From the NCBI GenBank assembly GCA_051362555.1, contig CM120640.1, positions 34,243,967-34,307,966 of the forward strand: 64,000 nt of DNA, written 5' to 3'. The stretch is from Lingula anatina. Its lineage: Eukaryota > Animalia > Brachiopoda. Every line of letters begins with the position of its first letter. Within the stretch, counting starts at the first letter, position 1. The position numbers were made by a program, and so were the translations under genes. Positions 59,931 through 64,000 of this stretch are shown here, piece after piece. The notes under the pieces were generated by a model. The model ran no database searches and had not been told where the DNA came from. It saw only the letters and a program-made list of their open reading frames with translations.

Positions 59931-61114
59931 GTAGGTAAATTATACCTGTAACATATTCACAACATTCACACCCCTAGCCTGCACCAAGGTCACCTTCCCC
60001 TGAAATAACACAGAATGATGTGGTGTTTTAAAGCAAAAGTGAATGTTAGATCCATCAGTATAGTGCAAAAACATCATTTTTCTACTAATGCCAGACATTT
60101 ATGAGCTCATAAGACTAGTAAATGCACAAGACTGATTTGCAAATGAAAAGCTCCCATTTCATAGAAAGCTTACCTTCGGTTCATATAGTAAACCTACATT
60201 GCTGTAGAATGCAGACCTTGAACTGATGTGCATGTCAAGTAAAGCATGGCTGCTGTAATATGACCCAGTGACCTAAATAATTACGATGACCTTGACTGCA
60301 CTTTACTATAGAAATATTTGTATCAGTGCAAACAACGTGAAGTGAAAACTAATACGTCTGTTTGTGTGTCATATGCGAGTTTATTTCAAAAGGGATTTGA
60401 GTGCAGATCAAGATTATTCTGGAAAACTACCTGTCTAAACACCTGAGAGAGCTAGCTGTGCATTTTTGCAGATTTCTTTTTCTTTTTTTATTGGCCAGCT
60501 GTGTCAAAATGCCTTTTTGCTGATATAGATAATACAGTTTACCTGACAAAATTATAAATACTTTCTTAGTACAGTTATATGTTTATAAAACTCATTTTTA
60601 AGATAATTAGGTATGTATTGTTTTACAAATTAACTATGGTGAATGAAAAGTATTTAAATTAATTGTTGTAGTAGGAAGCAGATATTAGAAAATCAAAAAA
60701 TCATTGTGTATAACATTTTTTTCATTTTTGTTACTGTTTCTAATAACATACTTTGGTTGTTGTTGATTAAACAAAATTTATATTCATAAACTAGTAGTAT
60801 GTGAAGAAGTTAAATGAAATATGGGCTTCAATATAAATACGTGACTTTAATTCTTATAAAAGCTGTGACATTCCCAAGCCTTGAGTGACAGTACATTTAT
60901 GCAGTATTGATCGTTTTAGACAGATAAATTAGGTTTAATCATGATTTCATTTCTTAGACTCAGAATTATTGATTCCTTTTATATTTCCAAGGAGATCCAA
61001 TAATGGTTCCTTCATGATTACCATTGAAGGAATTTAACAGATTTAGGAATTTAAAAAAAAATGCATAAACTACAAAATGTCCTTAAAGGTTAAGGGAAAG
61101 TATAACAAAATTTG

Positions 61115-63150
61115 TTTATTGTACCACCAGCGTTAGCGCTGGCGGTACACATGGTTTCGGTCTCGTCCGGATCGTTCCGCCGGACGGCTACCGTTACCGC
61201 TTCTCCTCCTAGACGGTAAGGCCCCCCATACCCATCTCATGGATTTAGGTCACCTATAATCTCAACTCGTTCCACGTAAAATTTGGGCTTTGTCGGTATT
61301 GGGGTCTGGGTGTGGCACTCATTGCAATGCACCCTTGTCCAAAAATGGCAAAATTAAATGCTAATTATCTACCCTACGGAAGGAGTTACGGGAAAAATTT
61401 CTACAGACGGCTTTCCAAAAGTCATATGTGTAGATTTCAAATATACCCTCGGATTTGACCTTTGACCTTTACTTCAAGGTCAAATGGGCCAAAATTTTCA
61501 AAAAAATGAAATTTTTTACGAAAAAAAAATTTTTTGCCCTGTTATTCAGACACCACACAGACTTAACCAATAATATTATTGGAAAGTGTTACCCTTCAGG
61601 TCATCTTTCATCTCCGTGGATTTGGGGTCAATCGGTGCATTTTCACAGGAGTAGCGGCCATAAGATACCGAAACTGAAAACTGTCTCTAATTCGGGAACC
61701 GTTAATGCTAGAGACCCATTCTTTTTTGCATTTTGTAGAGCATGTAAAGCCCAACACTGGAGGTGGTCTCGGTTTTTTTGTATTCCATACGGTTTTCGAG
61801 TTACGCTGTATCAAAAAGTACATATTGGTGGTGAAAGGAAAATGTACGGAAGCCCACTGGTGCCATATGTAGAAAAAAAAATTATCTCGAAATTTCGAGA
61901 TACTATTTTGAAATTTGAACAAAAAAATTTACCACCAGCGTTAGCGCTGGCGGTACACATGGTTTCGGTCCCGTCCGGTCCGTTCGCCGGCTCCGCCGCC
62001 ATGTTACCGTTACCGCTTCTCCTCCTAGACGGTAAGGGCCCCCGTACCCATCTCATGGATTTAGGTCACCTATAATCTCAACTCGTTCCACGTAAAATTT
62101 GGGCTTTGTCGGTATTGGGGTCTGGGTGTGGCACTCATTGCAATGCACCCTTGTCTAAAAATGGCAAAATTAAATGCTAATTATCTACCCTACAGAAGGA
62201 ATTACGGGAAAAATTTCTATAGACGGCTTTCCAAAAGTCATATGTGTAGATTTCAAATATACCCTCGGATTTGACCTTTGACCTTTACTTCAAGGTCAAA
62301 TGGGTCAAAATTTTCAAAAAAATGAAATTTTTTACGAAAAAAAAATTTTTTGCCCTGTTATTCAGACGCCACACAGACTTAACCAATAATATTATTGGAA
62401 AGTGTTACCCTTCAGGTCATCTTTCATCTCCGTGAATTTGGGGTCAATCGGTGCATTTTCACAGGAGTAGCGGCCATAAGATACCGAAACTGAAAACTGT
62501 CTCTAATTCGGGAACCGTTAATGCTAGAGACCCATTCTTTTTTGCATTTTGTAGAGCATGTAAAGCCCAACACTGGAGGTGGTCTCAGTTTTTTTGTATT
62601 CCATACGGTTTTCGAGTTACGCTGTATCAGAAAGTACATATTGGTGGGGAAAGGAAAATGTACGGAAGCCGACTGGTGCCATATGTAGAAAAAAAAATTA
62701 TCTCGAAATTTCGAGATACTATTTTGAAATTTGAACAAAAAAAAAATTATCTCGAAATTTCGAGATAGCATTTTGATATTTGAGCAAAAAAATTTATCTC
62801 GAAATTTCGAGATAGTATTTTGAAATTTGAACAAAAAAAATGCTATCTCGAAATTTCGAGATAATTTTTTTTTTCAACATATGGCACCAGTCGGCTTCCG
62901 TAAAAATGTGCAGTACGGTAATGGATAATAAATTTTGAACTCCGGAAAAATAAAACATAATGCTTGGCAAAGCAGACAACTTGTGGTCAAAAATGACATT
63001 ATTTTATCAAATTTAAACTTCTGCAACTTCAGAGAACCTCCCATTTCAAGAACTTTGACCAAAATGACCTTTTCTTTATTTTAATTAATTTTTTCTGTAG
63101 GAAATTTATGGCACATTATGGTAACTCCAAAATTATAACATTTAGTCCCT
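61115..63150 (+). mobile_element. Helentron/HINE-like non-autonomous element with its 5' ~808 bp tandemly duplicated
   Basis: Subterminal hairpin tgtaccaccagcgttagcgctggcggtaca after a T-run, GTCC-like microsatellite remnant, tgacctttgacc motifs; unit repeats at 61123 and 61931; palindromic tctcgaaatttcgaga cluster at ~62700-62860. Confidence 0.6.
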
Positions 63151-64000
63151 TATATCTCCAAAACTGGCAGAGATAGGTCCATAGTTACTATTGAAGTTGC
63201 ATAGGAAGTCATATACTGGCAATCTTACTGTGACCTTGACATTGACCTTTGACCTACTTTTCACCATGAACTGAACTTTGCAAATTTTGCTTCCCTTTTA
63301 TCTCCAAAACTGGCAGAGATAGGTCCATAGTTACTATTGAAGTTGAATAGGAAGTCATATACTGGCAATCTTACTGTGACCTTGAAATTGACCTTTGACC
63401 TACTTTTCACCTTGAACTGAACTTTGCAAAATTTGCTTCCCTTTTATCTCCAAAACTGGCAGAGATAGGTCCATAGTTACTATTGAACTTGCATAGGAAG
63501 TCATATACTGGCAATTTTACTGTGACCTTGAAATTGACCTTTGACCTTCTTTTCACCATGAACTGAACTTTGCAAATTTTGCTTCCCTTTTATCTCCAAA
63601 ACTGGCAGAGATAGGTCCATAGCTACTATTGAACTTGAATAGGAAGTCATATACTGGCAATCTAAATGTGACCTTGAAATTGACCTTTGACCTACTTTTC
63701 ACCATGAACTGAACTTTGCAAATTTTGCTTCCCTTTTATCTCCAAAACTGGCAGAGATAGGTCCATAGTTACTATTGAAGTTGAATAGGAAGTCATATAC
63801 TGGCAATCTTACTGTGACCTTGAAATTGACCTTTGACCTACTTTTCACCATGAACTGAACTTTGCAAATTTTGCTTCCCTTTTATCTCCAAAACTGGCAG
63901 AGATAGGTCCATAGTTACTATTGAAGTTGGATAGGAAGTCATATACTGGCAATTTACTGTGACCTTGAAATTGACCTTTGACCTACCTTACAATGAACTT
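63150..64000. repeat. 146-bp tandem repeat (about 6 copies, runs off the window), probably the internal array of the Helentron-like element
   Basis: tatctccaaaactggcagagataggtccatag..gtgaccttgaaattgacctttgacct recurs at 63153, 63299, 63445, 63591, 63737, 63883. Confidence 0.95.

Noticed and set aside
53629-59951. Short + strand ORFs overlapping the UGTs as further NUP160 exons
   Set aside because: They are antisense shadows of the UGT frames and do not resemble the expected next Nup160 segment
61455-63062. 206-aa and other ORFs as a transposase or Rep-helicase
   Set aside because: No HUH, helicase or DDE motifs; the frame is broken in the second tandem copy

Overview
AT-rich, intron-rich animal genomic DNA, most consistent with a marine invertebrate (Helentron/HINE-like repeats of the kind known from molluscs and relatives). 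No prokaryotic features were found. Left to right: (1) the 5' part of NOL10 (- strand, 13 coding exons) with a LINE 3' end and a foldback in its introns; (2) a ~6.2 kb satellite of 53-bp modular monomers that may be the intron of an unannotated - strand transcript; (3) a patch of MITE, LINE and LTR relics; (4) an uncharacterised + strand gene of ~3279 aa, built mostly from tandemly duplicated phase-0 exon+intron units and ending in a possible PB1/ubiquitin-like domain, with a 3.5 kb P-element-like DNA transposon in its 5' intron; (5) SNRPC (U1-C, - strand) head-to-head with NUP160 (+ strand); (6) three UDP-glycosyltransferase genes with intronless CDSs nested antisense in a large NUP160 intron; (7) a Helentron/HINE-like element with a 146-bp tandem array. 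Most notable: the exon-amplified giant protein; a 17-nt transposon-end footprint matching P-element cleavage chemistry; a 21-nt U1-C microexon complementary to its upstream exon; and UGTs that have all lost the His-Asp catalytic dyad. Exon boundaries were read by eye and no database search was run.
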